64,000 nt of DNA from an uncultured Desulfatitalea sp. (GTDB taxonomy: Bacteria > Desulfobacterota > Desulfobacteria > Desulfobacterales > Desulfosarcinaceae). Each line of letters begins with the position of its first letter. The first letter of the stretch is position 1. The stretch spans positions 1,440,001 to 1,504,000 of the forward strand of contig CAXXMB010000001.1 of NCBI GenBank assembly GCA_963668675.2, given 5' to 3'. Below the pieces are notes generated by a model that searched no databases, was not told where the DNA came from, and saw only the letters and a program-made list of their open reading frames with translations. Below are positions 30,109-39,770 of the stretch, piece after piece. Made by a program: the position numbers and the translations under genes.

Positions 30109-32814
30109 ATGTCGTCACCGTGCCCTGCCAAACCGAAGAATACCATACCGGCAGACAATGATCTGACCATTATTACCACCCACATCAACGCAGACTTCGA
30201 TGCGATGGCCTCGATGCTGGCAGCTCAAAAGCTCTACCCGGGCGCATTGGTTGTTTTTCCAGGATCTCAGGAGAAGAACCTGCGCAATTTCTTCATCCAA
30301 TCCATGGTCTACCTCTTCAACCTCGCCGAAATAAAAGATATCGATTTTGATAGGGTCACGCGACTGGTGCTCGTCGACACGCGAAGTGCAGACCGAATTG
30401 GCAAACTGGCTCAAATACTCCACAACCCGGGCCTTGAGATCCACATCTACGATCACCATCCCATCAAAAGTGACGACATCTTCGGACAGCACGAAGTTCA
30501 CCGCATCACCGGGGCAACGGCCACCATCCTTACGGAGCTGATCCAAACTCAGGATAAACACTTGACCGCCGAAGAGGCCACCATTATATGTTTGGGGATC
30601 TACGAAGACACCGGTGCATTCACCTTTCCTTCTACCACGGCTGAAGACCTCCAGGCCGCATCCTATCTGGTGGCTCAGGGGGCCAACATTAATGTGATTG
30701 CCAATCTCATTGCCCGCGAAATCAGCCCAGAACAGATTCAATACCTCAATGATCTGATTCAAGCCGCAACCCGCTATGTCATTGACGGCATAGAGATTGT
30801 CGTTACGACGGCAACCTTCGAACACTACCTGCCCGATTTCGCCTTCCTGATCCACAAAATGGTAAAAATGGAGGACATCAGCGCAGTTTTCGCATTGGCC
30901 ATGATGGAAAACAAAGTCTATATCGTAGGACGCAGCAGGACCGAAGAGGTGGATGTCGGGGACATCATCAGCGCCATGGGAGGCGGCGGTCACCCATCAG
31001 CCGCGGCGGCCACGATTAAGGGCCAAACGCTGACCCAGGTCGAACAGACACTCTTAAAGGAGCTCAATAAGCGTGTCAAAGGCCAACGCCAGGCAAACCA
31101 GCTCATGTCGTCGCCCCCCATCTCCGTTAATGTCGACCTGACCTGTGAGGAGGCCAACAATACTCTGACCCGCTACAACATCAACGCCTTGCTGGTCACC
31201 TCCACAAATGATGGGCCATCCCGGCTGGTCGGATACATCACCCGGCAAGTGATCGAAAAGGCCATTTTCCACCACCTTGGAGACGTAGCGGTAAAAGAGT
31301 ATATGAACACCGAACTGTTGACCGTCTCTCCAGAGGCCGACCTGCAAGAAGTTCAGGAAAAAATCATCGGTAACAAGCAGCGCATACTGCCTGTGACGGA
31401 TAGCGATCAGGTTTTAGGCGTAATCACCCGAACCGACTTGCTGAACATGCTGGTCCAAAACCGTACCGGCAGAAACCGACCGCACGACCCATTCCAGCAC
31501 GCATCGCAAAGACACACACGCAACATCACCAATTTCATGAATGAAAGACTGCCCGGTCGGGTCATGCAGTTGCTTCGGGATATCGGCCAGGTAGCAAACC
31601 AGTTGAACCATTCGGCCTTTGTCGTCGGAGGGTTTGTTCGCGATCTCTTCCTCTATCGCTCCAATGAGGATATCGATATTGTTGTCGAAGGCGATGGTAT
31701 CGTATTTGCCAGGGCGTTTGCTGAAAAATTCGGCACACGGTTGCACACCCACAAAGTTTTTGGAACGGCAGTCATCATTTTCCCCGACGGATTCAAAATT
31801 GATGTCGCCACCTCCCGGATGGAGTATTACCGCTCTCCGGCGGCACTGCCCGATGTAGAGATGAGCTCGATCAAGCTGGATCTCTTCAGAAGGGACTTTA
31901 CGATTAACACCCTGGCGATCCAACTGACCCCGGAGAAATTCGGCCAGCTGATCGACTTCTTTTCCGCCCAAAAAGACATTAAAGACAAGGCCATCCGGGT
32001 GCTGCACAACTTAAGCTTCGTCGAAGATCCCACCCGGGTGTTCAGGGCAATCCGTTTTGAACAACGCTTTGACTTCACCATTGGCAAACTTACGGCCAGC
32101 CTTATTGAAAATGCCGTCAAGATGGATTTTTTCGAACGGCTCAGCAGGCGGCGCGTATTTACGGAAATCCGCCTGATTCTGGAAGAAGAGAATCCGACCC
32201 CGGCCCTTGTGCGGATGCAGGATTTCGGTCTGCTCACCGTGATCCATCCGACGATTGTACTCAACAAAGAGCTCGTTGAGTTGCTCAACGCAGTCAAACG
32301 CGCCATTGCCTGGCACGACCTGCTCTTCACCGAAGAGCCCTATATGCGCTGGACGATCTTTTTCTTGGCCCTCCTTCGGTCATTTACCCCGGATGAATCA
32401 CTTTCCATCTGCAAAAGGTTAGAACTGCCACCAAGGTATGAACGCCTTTTCTGTCAAGAGCGATTTGTTGCCCAGAACTGCTTGTACCAGATGGAGCTGC
32501 AGCTCCCCGATAGCGATAGCAAACTGTACCACCTGTTAAGCGGTCTGAAGACAGAATTGATATTGTACATGATCGCCGCGACACGTATAAAATTGGTGAA
32601 AAAAGCCATCTCGAAATACTATAACCGGCTGCGCAAAGTTGCACCGGCCATCGGAGGCAAAGAATTGATCGAAATGGGACTGCGCCCGGGTCCACTCTTC
32701 CGCGAGGTACTGAACGAACTGCTGGATGCAAAACTCAACGGGTTGGTTGAGACCCGCCCCGATGAAATCGAATTTGCACAACGGTGGGTCAGCCACAAGA
32801 CTAACTCGACGTAA
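30109..32814 (+). CDS. DHH/DHHA1-CBS-tRNA nucleotidyltransferase fusion (A-adding type)
   Basis: HINADFD, DHH, GGGGHPSAA; CBS pair; GGFVRD..DID, RRDFTIN, EDPTR. Confidence 0.88.
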   Translation: MSSPCPAKPKNTIPADNDLTIITTHINADFDAMASMLAAQKLYPGALVVFPGSQEKNLRNFFIQSMVYLFNLAEIKDIDFDRVTRLVLVDTRSADRIGKLAQILHNPGLEIHIYDHHPIKSDDIFGQHEVHRITGATATILTELIQTQDKHLTAEEATIICLGIYEDTGAFTFPSTTAEDLQAASYLVAQGANINVIANLIAREISPEQIQYLNDLIQAATRYVIDGIEIVVTTATFEHYLPDFAFLIHKMVKMEDISAVFALAMMENKVYIVGRSRTEEVDVGDIISAMGGGGHPSAAAATIKGQTLTQVEQTLLKELNKRVKGQRQANQLMSSPPISVNVDLTCEEANNTLTRYNINALLVTSTNDGPSRLVGYITRQVIEKAIFHHLGDVAVKEYMNTELLTVSPEADLQEVQEKIIGNKQRILPVTDSDQVLGVITRTDLLNMLVQNRTGRNRPHDPFQHASQRHTRNITNFMNERLPGRVMQLLRDIGQVANQLNHSAFVVGGFVRDLFLYRSNEDIDIVVEGDGIVFARAFAEKFGTRLHTHKVFGTAVIIFPDGFKIDVATSRMEYYRSPAALPDVEMSSIKLDLFRRDFTINTLAIQLTPEKFGQLIDFFSAQKDIKDKAIRVLHNLSFVEDPTRVFRAIRFEQRFDFTIGKLTASLIENAVKMDFFERLSRRRVFTEIRLILEEENPTPALVRMQDFGLLTVIHPTIVLNKELVELLNAVKRAIAWHDLLFTEEPYMRWTIFFLALLRSFTPDESLSICKRLELPPRYERLFCQERFVAQNCLYQMELQLPDSDSKLYHLLSGLKTELILYMIAATRIKLVKKAISKYYNRLRKVAPAIGGKELIEMGLRPGPLFREVLNELLDAKLNGLVETRPDEIEFAQRWVSHKTNST

Positions 32815-33017
32815 AAGACCGTCGGTAATTTCAGGCTTCGAACAATTTTCTTGATTCTATCCCTCCGAATAAGTAAAAATCGGCACTTTATGGGTTCAAG
32901 CCAACTCATATAACAATCCGGGTCAAAATGACCTTTGAACCGACTTGTAACGGCAAAATCGTCAGCCACGCGGGTTGTAGATTCCGGAACAAGAACTGTG
33001 CTGTGGAGACACCTTAA

Positions 33018-34010
33018 ATGACTGTAAAAAAAAGAATTTTGAGTGGTATGCGCCCTACGGGTGCCTTGCATCTGGGCAACTATCTGGGGGCACTGGCCAA
33101 CTGGGTCGAGATGCAGGATCAGTACGATTGCTTTTTCTTTGTGGCCGACTGGCACGCCTTGACGAGCGATTACGAAAATACAGAGGGATTGGAGACCTAT
33201 GTCCATGAAATCCTTCTGGATTGGCTGAGTGCTGGGCTGTCTCCTGAAAAAAGCACCCTTTTCATCCAATCCAAGATACCGGAACACGCGGAGCTCTATC
33301 TGATTCTCTCTATGATTACACCAGTACCGTGGCTCGAACGCAATCCTACCTATAAAGATCAGATCCTGCAGCTTCAGAACAAAGACCTGTCCACCTTCGG
33401 CTTCTTGGGGTATCCTGTACTACAAGCTGCAGATATTATTATGTATAAGGCACAAGGCGTTCCGGTAGGCATAGACCAAGTACCTCATGTCGAAATTACC
33501 CGGGAAATTTCACGCCGTTTCAATTTCCTATACGGTCCGGTATTTCCCGAGCCGGAGGAGATCCTAACCGATACACCCAAAATTTTGGGCATCGACCGCC
33601 GTAAAATGAGCAAGAGTTACGGTAATGCCATCTACCTCTCCGACACACCGGAACAGATTCGCACCAAAGCGATGCAGATGGTCACCGACCCCCAACGGGC
33701 AAAACGCAGCGATCCTGGCAATCCGGATGTTTGCAATGTGTATGAGTTTCACAAGCTCTATACGGATGCCGAAACCACGAGTCAAATCGACTCCCAATGC
33801 CGTAATGCTGAAATCGGCTGTGTCGAGTGTAAAAAAATCATGGCTGAAAATTTGGTCCAGGCACTGGCGCCGATCTATGAAAAACGCAAATACTATGAAG
33901 CGCATCCGAAACTGGTTACGGAGATCATGGATCAGGGAAGCCTTAAAGCAAGAGAGGTCGCCCGTAGCACCATGCAGGAAGTTCGTGAGACAATTAAGAT
34001 CAACTATTAA
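33018..34010 (+). CDS. trpS: Tryptophan--tRNA ligase
   Basis: SGMRPTGALHLGN, YPVLQAADI, VPVG.DQ, KMSKS. Confidence 0.98.
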   Translation: MTVKKRILSGMRPTGALHLGNYLGALANWVEMQDQYDCFFFVADWHALTSDYENTEGLETYVHEILLDWLSAGLSPEKSTLFIQSKIPEHAELYLILSMITPVPWLERNPTYKDQILQLQNKDLSTFGFLGYPVLQAADIIMYKAQGVPVGIDQVPHVEITREISRRFNFLYGPVFPEPEEILTDTPKILGIDRRKMSKSYGNAIYLSDTPEQIRTKAMQMVTDPQRAKRSDPGNPDVCNVYEFHKLYTDAETTSQIDSQCRNAEIGCVECKKIMAENLVQALAPIYEKRKYYEAHPKLVTEIMDQGSLKAREVARSTMQEVRETIKINY

Positions 34011-34089
34011 CATTGCAAACGGCAAAACGTTTTGTACAAATAGTCTAAATCGGGCATTGATTTGGCTATCCTCAATTTAGGTCTATACA

Positions 34090-34821
34090 ATGGATCGAAA
34101 CGAACCGACCACAGCTGAAGATGACTACAAGGTAAAACTCGAAGACATATTCGAGGGACCCATGGATCTTCTGGTCCACTTGATCAGAAAACACAAAGTG
34201 GATATTTACGATATTCCCGTTGCCCTGATCACTGAGCAGTACCTGGCCTACCTTGAGTGGATGAAGCTATTAAATATAGACAATGTTGGTGATTTTCTGG
34301 TCATGGCCTCGACACTGGCTCAGATCAAATCACGCATGCTACTTCCCTCCCATGGCGATGAAGAGGATGAGGAGGATCCACGATTGGAGGTTGTACGTCC
34401 CCTAGCGGAATACCTGCAAATCAAATCGGCAGCCGAAGAGCTGGCCAATCGTAACATGCTGGGAGACAAAATCTTTACGCGACACGCCAAATCCATGGAT
34501 TTTCTGAAGGATGATCAGGAGCTCGTCCAGGTCGGCCTCTTCGAGCTTATCGACGCTTTCCAGCGGATTCTACAGAAGGTGTCCAAGGAGCACACGGTTG
34601 ACCTCTCGGCAGACACGGTATCGGTAAAGGACCGCATGAATGCCATTATCGATGAGTTGGAAAAGAGAGGCTCCATCGCCTTTCTGGAAATGTTTCCTGA
34701 AAATCCCCAGAGAATGGATATTATCGTCACCTTTCTGGCACTGCTGGAGTTGATGAAGTTGAACCTGGCAAGGGTCGCCCAACACACACAAAGCGGTACG
34801 ATTCGAATCTTCTATCAATAA
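34090..34821 (+). CDS. scpA: Segregation and condensation protein A
   Basis: FEGPMDLL, FLVMA..L.IKSRMLLP, FLALLEL. Confidence 0.95.
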   Translation: MDRNEPTTAEDDYKVKLEDIFEGPMDLLVHLIRKHKVDIYDIPVALITEQYLAYLEWMKLLNIDNVGDFLVMASTLAQIKSRMLLPSHGDEEDEEDPRLEVVRPLAEYLQIKSAAEELANRNMLGDKIFTRHAKSMDFLKDDQELVQVGLFELIDAFQRILQKVSKEHTVDLSADTVSVKDRMNAIIDELEKRGSIAFLEMFPENPQRMDIIVTFLALLELMKLNLARVAQHTQSGTIRIFYQ

Positions 34822-34831
34822 CAGATCCAAT

Positions 34832-35713
34832 ATGGAAAACATAAAACATATCATCGAAAGCCTGTTGTTTGTCGCCGAAGATCCGCTGACCATCGAGAAG
34901 CTGCGTGCTATTATGGAAACGGTCGATGCCAAGGAGATTCGCGAGGCACTGCAAACGCTGTCGCAAGAGTATGATGAGCGTGGCGGCGGTTTTTTGCTGA
35001 GCGAAGTGGCCGGCGGCTGGCAAATACGCTCCCGTCCCGAATACCATGAGTGGATCAAAAGGATGCTGCAACCCTCTCCGCAGCGGCTGAGCAAAGCCGC
35101 CTTGGAGACCCTGGCGATCATCGCTTACAAGCAGCCGATCATTCGAGCGGACATCGAATTCATCCGGGGGGTGGATTGTGGCGGTGTATTGCGGCAACTC
35201 ATGGAGCGCAAACTGATTCGCGTACTGGGACGAAAAGAGATTGCGGGACGCCCTCTCATCTATGCCACCACCAAGCTTTTCCTGGAGATGTTTGATCTTA
35301 AGAGCCTGAACGATCTGCCCACCCCCGCAGAGCTTGCCGAATTCGGTGCCAGCCTGGATATCCCGCCCACAGAAGCTGTCCCGGAAGAACCCCCTGCTTC
35401 TGAAATGCAAGAAGCGGCTGAAACAGTGTTGCCCGAAACAGGTGAAACGTCTCAGCCTGCCGAAGGGAAAAAGGAAGAATTCGAAAATGGGTTAGAGCCG
35501 CTGCCTGAGGAATCCGGCTCAGACCAATTGCCCCCCGACGAATCGGACGCTTCTTCGCAAATGCTCCAAGCGGATGAGGCTACGCCAACGGACGATCAAG
35601 AAGAAATAGCACCGCCCGAAGCGCATCGAATTGAGAAAAAGAATGCCTCTTCATCGGATCCGCACGACGATTCTCTTCGAAACAATGATTCGGAAGAAAC
35701 AGAAAACACTTGA
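34832..35713 (+). CDS. scpB: Segregation and condensation protein B with a long acidic tail
   Basis: IESLLF, LSKAALETLAIIAYKQP, IRGVD, GRPLIYATT. Confidence 0.95.
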   Translation: MENIKHIIESLLFVAEDPLTIEKLRAIMETVDAKEIREALQTLSQEYDERGGGFLLSEVAGGWQIRSRPEYHEWIKRMLQPSPQRLSKAALETLAIIAYKQPIIRADIEFIRGVDCGGVLRQLMERKLIRVLGRKEIAGRPLIYATTKLFLEMFDLKSLNDLPTPAELAEFGASLDIPPTEAVPEEPPASEMQEAAETVLPETGETSQPAEGKKEEFENGLEPLPEESGSDQLPPDESDASSQMLQADEATPTDDQEEIAPPEAHRIEKKNASSSDPHDDSLRNNDSEETENT

Positions 35714-35739
35714 CTTGAAAGAGCCGAAACCCTTATAAA
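35710..35739 (+). promoter_or_regulatory. Possible sigma70 promoter of tRNA-Val
   Basis: TTGACT-18 nt-TATAAA. Confidence 0.4.
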
Positions 35740-35796
35740 CTGCGAGTGTTGCGCTGGCTGCAAATAGAAGGCATTGCGGTCTGCACCTGAAAATTC

Positions 35797-35871
35797 GGGC
35801 GGTTAACTCAGTGGGAGAGTGCCACCTTCACACGGTGGAAGTCACTGGTTCAAATCCAGTACCGCCTACCA
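35797..35871 (+). tRNA. tRNA-Val(CAC)
   Basis: Acceptor GGGCGGT/ACCGCCT, anticodon arm CCACC-TTCACAC-GGTGG, T-loop TTCAAAT, encoded CCA. Confidence 0.96.
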
Positions 35872-35880
35872 GCTCATCCC

Positions 35881-35918
35881 GGGCCAATATGCGATCAGCT
35901 TATCGGCCCTTTTTATTT
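35881..35918 (+). terminator. Probable terminator after tRNA-Val
   Basis: GGGCC...GGCCC stem followed by TTTTTATTT. Confidence 0.5.
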
Positions 35919-35930
35919 AGGGATATTGAA

Positions 35931-36455
35931 ATGCACGCGACCACACTCATCACCGGTGGCTGTAAAAGCGGAAAGAGCAATCACGCCCTGAAGCTGGCAG
36001 CGGATATGCATAGGCAACCGCAGACCTTTGTCGCGACCTGCACTCCCCAGGATGAGGAGATGCGGCAGCGCGTCCAGCGTCATCAGCAAGAGCGCGGTGC
36101 AGAGTGGAACACCCTGGAGGTACCGGTCAAATTGGCCGAAGCGCTCACTCGACACGGCAAGAAAGCAGGCGTCATGCTTGTGGATTGCCTGACCCTATGG
36201 ATCAGCAATATGATGATGGAGGATGCGGATGACCAGACCGTTCAGCAAATGTGCAAAGAGGTCTGCAACGTTTTAATCGCCCCGCCCTGCCCGATTATTC
36301 TGGTCAGCAACGAAGTGGGCACCGGGATCGTACCGGAGAACCCGTTGGCCCGCCGCTACAGGGATCTGGCCGGTTGGACCAATCAGCAAATCGCCGCCGC
36401 CTGCCAAAGTGTCATATGGATGGTCGCCGGCATACCTGTAACCATCAAATCCTGA
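35931..36455 (+). CDS. cobU: Adenosylcobinamide kinase / cobinamide-phosphate guanylyltransferase
   Basis: ITGGCKSGKS, DEEMRQRV..HQ, VDCLTLW, VSNEVG.GIVP, VAGIP. Confidence 0.96.
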   Translation: MHATTLITGGCKSGKSNHALKLAADMHRQPQTFVATCTPQDEEMRQRVQRHQQERGAEWNTLEVPVKLAEALTRHGKKAGVMLVDCLTLWISNMMMEDADDQTVQQMCKEVCNVLIAPPCPIILVSNEVGTGIVPENPLARRYRDLAGWTNQQIAAACQSVIWMVAGIPVTIKS

Positions 36456-36497
36456 CCGATCGGAAATGCGGGTCAGAGAGCGGATTTTGTCAATCCC

Positions 36498-37247
36498 ATG
36501 TGGCGTAGCCTGATTTCAGCGATGCAGTTCCTGACCATCATCCCATTGGGATCGTCCCAACGCTTTGAAGCGCACAAGGCTCTTCCCCTCTTCCCGATCT
36601 GTGGTGTGATCATTGGCGGTATGCTCGCTGCGGTTGACTATCTGGGCGCCTTACTATGGCCCTACCAGGCAGTGGCGGTGGTAGACGTGGTTTTTCTTGC
36701 GGTCATTACCGGGGCCCTGCATCTGGATGGTTTGGCCGATACGGCAGATGGCCTCTATGGCCAGCACACAACCGAACGGGCCCTTGATATCATGAAAGAC
36801 AGCCGTATTGGCGCCATGGGCCTGGTGGCCGTCGTGTGCTGTCTGGCTATAAAATGGGCAGGCCTGTCTTCATTTCAAACAGAGGTGCACCCCCTTCGCC
36901 CCTTATGGCTCTGCTTGGTTCCGGCCCTGTCACGATCCACTATCATATTCGCGGTACGCCTGCTGCCCTATGGTCGACCGAATGGAGGGACCGGCAGTCC
37001 TTTTTTCCAATACCCCTTGCGACACATCGATTATTGGCCCTTGGGGCTTCTGGCGATCATCATACTGGCGATGGATGCATGGGCTGCCGTGTGGATTGGC
37101 ATTGGCCTTGCTTCACTGACCGCGGCACTTCTGCTGTACTATCGCATCAAAATCAACTGCATCACCGGTGATATGCTGGGCGCCATGATAGAGGTGACTG
37201 AATCCGGCCTCTTTTTACTGCTGGCCGCCTCCGGCCGTTTTTTGTAG
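36498..37247 (+). CDS. cobS: Cobamide (5'-phosphate) synthase
   Basis: QFLT, TGALHLDGLADTADG, IMKDSRIGAMG, ITGDMLGA..E. Confidence 0.96.
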   Translation: MWRSLISAMQFLTIIPLGSSQRFEAHKALPLFPICGVIIGGMLAAVDYLGALLWPYQAVAVVDVVFLAVITGALHLDGLADTADGLYGQHTTERALDIMKDSRIGAMGLVAVVCCLAIKWAGLSSFQTEVHPLRPLWLCLVPALSRSTIIFAVRLLPYGRPNGGTGSPFFQYPLRHIDYWPLGLLAIIILAMDAWAAVWIGIGLASLTAALLLYYRIKINCITGDMLGAMIEVTESGLFLLLAASGRFL

Positions 37248-37313
37248 CGATCTGAAAAAAGCAACAGAAGCGACAAACTGCCTAACGCGCTGACACACAC
37301 AAGAACAGGGACC

Positions 37314-38165
37314 ATGGAATCCGATACCCCCCTCACCTTTCCGGCACTTCCCCAGTCGTTCAAAAAACGCTTTCCATTCCGTCTAAGCGTGCCTTCATTT
37401 ATCTATCCGGCCAACTATATCGACAATGCACGGATGCTGGCGCCCTTCATCGATGAGATCGAACTGCTGCTGTTTGAGAGCCACGAAAGCCATCTACCGC
37501 AAGCATCGGAAATCGATCAATTGGCCTCCATGGCCGTCGACCAGGAGATCTCTTACAATGTGCATCTACCCATCGATCTATACTTGGCAAGCGTCGACAA
37601 CCATTCGCGCCAAAAGGCTGTCGACCGTTTGACAACAGCCATAGACCGGGTGCGTCCTCTCTCACCGACCACCTACACGTTGCATCTCCCATACAATGAA
37701 GCCGATACCCGTCCCGAAACCGTTGACAAATGGGCGGGGCGCAACCGTGAATGCCTTGATGAGATCCTGGCTGCAAGCAAAGTGCATCCCGGGCAGATCT
37801 CGATAGAGACCCTGGAGTACCCCCCTTTCTGGTTCGAAACAGTGGTCGCTGCGCTCGGACTTGCCGTATGCATCGACATCGGCCATATCATGCGTTATGG
37901 ATACAACCTTGAAGAGGTCTGGCGCATCTTTGCCAATCGAACGACGATGATCCATCTGCACGGTGTTTATCAGGGCCAGGACCACCTTGCCCTGGCTCAA
38001 ATGCCAACCGAAGGGAGAGCATTGATCAAGAGATGTTTGGGCAGCTACAGCGGTGCGCTCTCATTAGAGGTCTTCTCATTTGAACGCCTCAACGCGTCAC
38101 TGCCCTGCCTGGCCCAGATATTCCCGCCCGATTCGGCAGCAGACATTTCAGGAAAAAAGGGGTGA
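37314..38165 (+). CDS. cbiR: Cobamide-remodelling phosphodiesterase CbiR (AP endonuclease 2 fold)
   Basis: FRLSVPSFIYP, EIELLLFES, VHLP.D, SIETLEY, CIDIGH, IHLHG...DH, LEVF metal-ligand pattern; directly after cobU-cobS. Confidence 0.75.
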   Translation: MESDTPLTFPALPQSFKKRFPFRLSVPSFIYPANYIDNARMLAPFIDEIELLLFESHESHLPQASEIDQLASMAVDQEISYNVHLPIDLYLASVDNHSRQKAVDRLTTAIDRVRPLSPTTYTLHLPYNEADTRPETVDKWAGRNRECLDEILAASKVHPGQISIETLEYPPFWFETVVAALGLAVCIDIGHIMRYGYNLEEVWRIFANRTTMIHLHGVYQGQDHLALAQMPTEGRALIKRCLGSYSGALSLEVFSFERLNASLPCLAQIFPPDSAADISGKKG

Positions 38166-38177
38166 TTGGCCGATTTT

Positions 38178-39404
38178 ATGAATGAGAACGCTCCCAAACA
38201 AAGAGTAGAGCTCCTTGCACCGGCCGGTAACATGGAGAAGTTGGAGGTGGTGCTGCACTATGGCGCCGATGCGGTCTACCTGGCCGGCAAACAGTTCAGC
38301 CTCCGCAACTTCTCAGCCAACTTTACACGAGCAGAGATTAAAGATGCCCTCGATATGGTGCACGACCACGGCGCCAAGGCCTATATCGCCGTCAACATAT
38401 TCGCACGCAACGAAGACCTCGCTGCCGTCGAACACTTTTTGCGCGAACTGGCACCCCTGGATATCGACGGACTCATCGCCGCTGACCCGGCCATAGTGAC
38501 CCTCTCTCGACGCATGATGCCCCGGATAGATATCCATCTCAGTACCCAGGCCAACACCACCAATTTGGCCGCCGCCCAATTCTGGCAGTCCCAGGGGGTG
38601 CGCCGCATCAATCTGGCCCGGGAACTCTCCCTGGTGGAAGTGAAAGAGATCGTCAACTCCTGCCCGGAAGTTGAGTTCGAAACCTTCGTACACGGCGCCA
38701 TGTGCATCTCTTATTCAGGACGCTGCCTGCTGAGCAACTTCCTGGCCGACCGACCGAGTAACCAAGGCAAGTGCTGTCAGCCCTGCCGGTTTAAATATGC
38801 CGTGGTAGAGGAGAAGCGCCCGGGACAATACTATCCCGTTTCAGAAGATGAAAAAGGCACCTACATCTTCAACTCAAGAGATCTATGCATGATCGCCCAC
38901 CTTCCGGATCTGATCCAAAGCGGCGTCCGTTCCTTGAAAATCGAGGGACGCATGAAGAGCATCCATTATGCTGCCACAACCGTTAAGATTTACCGCGAAG
39001 CCATCGACGCCTATTACGACGATCCGTCTCACTTCCGTCCATTGCCCCACTGGCAGCAGGAGCTGGACAAAGTTACCGGACGTGGATACTGCACCGGATT
39101 CTACCGGGAGGACCCCGATCAGACTGCCCCCTGCTACCATGCGCCGACCCCATCCGCCCACACCTTAGCCGCAAAAGTGTTGGCGGGCACCGGCCGGTTC
39201 ACAGCTCTGGTTGACGTACGCAATCAGCTTCGAACGGGGGATAACATAGAGATCATGCAGACCGAAGGGCCTGCGATCGACGACACCATCAAAAAAATCT
39301 TCGATGTCCACGGGGATGAAGTTCAAATCGCCCAGCCAGGCAGCCAGGTCACCCTCCAGCTCACCTCCACTCAATGTCGCCACCTAGACATTATCAGGCG
39401 CTAA
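38178..39404 (+). CDS. U32 family protein (TrhP/YegQ-like Fe-S hydroxylation factor)
   Basis: ELLAPAG, GADAVY, HLSTQ, LARELS, HGAMCISYSGRC, CCQPCR, SLKIEGRMKS. Confidence 0.9.
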   Translation: MNENAPKQRVELLAPAGNMEKLEVVLHYGADAVYLAGKQFSLRNFSANFTRAEIKDALDMVHDHGAKAYIAVNIFARNEDLAAVEHFLRELAPLDIDGLIAADPAIVTLSRRMMPRIDIHLSTQANTTNLAAAQFWQSQGVRRINLARELSLVEVKEIVNSCPEVEFETFVHGAMCISYSGRCLLSNFLADRPSNQGKCCQPCRFKYAVVEEKRPGQYYPVSEDEKGTYIFNSRDLCMIAHLPDLIQSGVRSLKIEGRMKSIHYAATTVKIYREAIDAYYDDPSHFRPLPHWQQELDKVTGRGYCTGFYREDPDQTAPCYHAPTPSAHTLAAKVLAGTGRFTALVDVRNQLRTGDNIEIMQTEGPAIDDTIKKIFDVHGDEVQIAQPGSQVTLQLTSTQCRHLDIIRR

Positions 39405-39429
39405 ACGGTGGGGGGAGACAGGGGTGGAT

Positions 39430-39693
39430 CTAATCTGTTTTTGAGGATAGAAGGGTCTTGGCTGTTTTCAGCGTGTGGTTGATCTGCTGGGTCAGATCGA
39501 TCACATTTTCCAGCAGGGCAGCCACCTCTTCGAACTGGTGGGTGCGGAATTCAGAAGCCCACTTTTGGTAACTGAGAGCGTGTTCTTCATTATGATGCAG
39601 CCAATGGTGCAGCAATTTTTCGCCCTTTTCCCTGAAACTGAGCGTCGTGCCGGCCTCTTGATGTGAATGGTGGTCGTGTGTATGGTGGCTCAT
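39430..39693 (-). CDS. Small His-rich helical protein (possible metal binder)
   Basis: MSHHTHDHHSH...HHWLHHNEEHA; RBS AGGGAGA. Confidence 0.75.
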   Translation of the reverse strand: MSHHTHDHHSHQEAGTTLSFREKGEKLLHHWLHHNEEHALSYQKWASEFRTHQFEEVAALLENVIDLTQQINHTLKTAKTLLSSKTD

Positions 39694-39770
39694 ATAATGT
39701 GCTCTCCCTTTGCATTGTATGGAATCAAACTATGGACACTCACTACCTTCATAGGCCATAATAGTCAATC

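Noticed and set aside
30115..30993. 292-aa minus-strand ORF
   Set aside because: Antisense shadow of the tRNA nucleotidyltransferase gene
35797..35871. tRNA-Val as an integration site for a cob island
   Set aside because: No integrase, no duplicated tRNA 3' end seen, and downstream genes have host-like composition
35811..35930. N-terminal extension of the cobU ORF
   Set aside because: Overlaps tRNA-Val and its terminator; homology begins at ATG 35931
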